Source: Bacillota bacterium (GTDB taxonomy: Bacteria; Bacillota; Bacilli; Paenibacillales; UBA4045). Taken from it: DNA of 64,000 nucleotides. The DNA lies in contig JAEZQY010000001.1 of the NCBI GenBank assembly GCA_023441055.1, positions 81,032 to 145,031 on the forward strand. Reading direction: 5' to 3'. Shown piece after piece: positions 62,903 to 64,000 of this stretch; position 1 is the stretch's first letter, and every line of letters begins with the position of its first letter. A program made the position numbers and the translations under genes. The notes beneath the pieces are model-generated. The model saw nothing but the letters and a program-made list of their open reading frames with translations. It ran no database searches and was not told where the DNA came from.

Positions 62903-64000
62903 ATGACGATTTCATTCATGGAGCTCGGCGTGCGTGAGCCGCTGGTTCACGCACTTAAGAAAGACGGATTAACCGTTCCGACTCCGATCCAGGAAGCGAC
63001 CATTCCGCTGCTGCTCAGTGGCCGGGATGTGATCGGCCAGGCACAGACCGGTACGGGCAAGACATTGGCCTTCCTGCTGCCGATCTTCGAGCGTATTCAG
63101 GTCAAGGAGGCGGCCACGCAGGCCATTGTGGTCACGCCAACACGCGAACTAGCCATCCAGATTGCCGCGGAGGCTAAGAAGCTCGCTGGTTCGGTAGGCG
63201 CCACAATCTTGGCGGCATACGGCGGCCAGGACGTGGAATCGCAAATTCGCAAGCTGAAGGGCGCGCCGCATCTGATTATCTGCACACCTGGCAGAATGCT
63301 TGATCATATGCGCCGTGGAACGATGCGCCTGGACCGTGTATCCTTCCTGGTCCTGGATGAAGCGGACCAGATGCTGACGATGGGCTTCTTGCCAGAGGTA
63401 GAGCGCATTATTATGGAGCTGCCGCGCAGTCGGCAGACGATGTTATACTCTGCTACGATGCCTGATGCGATTCGGCATCTGGCTAAGCAGTTCATGCGCA
63501 GTCCGGAGAGTGTCAAGATCAGCGGCAAGCGCGTGACACTGGAGGGCATTAAGCAGATCGTCGTGCAGACGACGGACCGCGCGAAGCTGGACGCCTGTAT
63601 CGAGATGCTCAACCGAGACCAGCCTTATCTAGGTGTACTATTCTGCCGAACCAAGATTAGAGCCAAGAAGCTTGCGGAATCATTGGCTGAAGCGGGATTC
63701 AGCGTGGGTGAGCTGCATGGCGACCTGTCGCAAGCCAAGCGCGAGCAGGTGATGAAGCGATTCAGAGAAGCGAAGATCCAGCTGTTGGTCGCGACGGATG
63801 TGGCGGCGCGCGGGCTGGATGTAGAGGGGATTACCCATGTATACAATTATGATATCCCGCATGATACTGACAGCTATATTCATAGAATTGGACGTACAGG
63901 TCGCGCTGGCAATGAGGGTGTAGCGATTACATTCGCGGCTCCGCGCGATGAGAGCTTCCTCCAGCAGATCGAGCGGCGAATCGGACTGACCCTGAGCAGG
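62903..64000 (+). CDS. DEAD-box RNA helicase, second copy (3' end outside window)
   Basis: This ORF is absent from the track because it has no stop in the window. My hand translation from ATG 62903 gives MTISFMELGV..., [26 protein letters not shown] and [10 protein letters not shown]. Confidence 0.85.
   Translation, partial: MTISFMELGVREPLVHALKKDGLTVPTPIQEATIPLLLSGRDVIGQAQTGTGKTLAFLLPIFERIQVKEAATQAIVVTPTRELAIQIAAEAKKLAGSVGATILAAYGGQDVESQIRKLKGAPHLIICTPGRMLDHMRRGTMRLDRVSFLVLDEADQMLTMGFLPEVERIIMELPRSRQTMLYSATMPDAIRHLAKQFMRSPESVKISGKRVTLEGIKQIVVQTTDRAKLDACIEMLNRDQPYLGVLFCRTKIRAKKLAESLAEAGFSVGELHGDLSQAKREQVMKRFREAKIQLLVATDVAARGLDVEGITHVYNYDIPHDTDSYIHRIGRTGRAGNEGVAITFAAPRDESFLQQIERRIGLTLSR

Overview
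This looks like a chromosomal segment of a Gram-positive, Bacillales-type genome. The gene content (yqhH/yqhG/lipM synteny, ytpB, pfkA, cshA, tpx, a YesL protein, a large SLH-anchored surface protein) suggests Paenibacillaceae, but I cannot verify that without a database search. I count about 60 protein-coding genes on both strands. I found no rRNA or tRNA genes, no CRISPR array, and no transposase, integrase or phage genes.

Housekeeping genes: argS, ilvD, pfkA, pepF, cshA plus a second DEAD-box helicase (cut by the window end), lipM, lplJ, tpx and an ammonium transporter.

Accessory genes:
- a GntR-uxuA-SDR mannonate operon
- an ArsR-SRPBCC pair
- AraC and LysR regulators
- three or four MFS transporters
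- a MacB-type ABC exporter with a HlyD adaptor
- a GGDEF cyclase
- a 1278-aa CBM/Fn3/SGNH/SLH surface protein

The main finding lies between 24.4 and 38.8 kb. A scattered set of nitrite/NO-related genes sits there: RIC/ScdA, a CGCGG-motif protein, a cupin, copper nitrite reductase NirK, a cysteine-free Crp/Fnr regulator, a DUF59 protein, three DUF2249 domains, an unknown 114-aa protein, and two diverged paralogues of a 12-TM His-bearing membrane protein. Four TGTGA-N6-TCACA boxes link these genes. Each box sits 28.5-29.5 bp upstream of a -10-like hexamer.

Other notable items:
- RNA elements: a yybP-ykoY (Mn) type riboswitch before a TerC gene, and an independently transcribed, rod-like RNA of about 190-220 nt with 6S-like architecture.
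- Short tandem duplications in 5' or intergenic regions, with periods of 25, 49, 51 and 64 bp, plus a dispersed 50-nt hairpin element.
- An AT-rich single-gene island flanked by a 9-bp direct repeat, next to a truncated AraC-type gene.
- GlnR/TnrA-type boxes around the amt promoter.

All functional calls come from reading the supplied translations and the DNA by eye. No similarity search, folding program or statistics was run.
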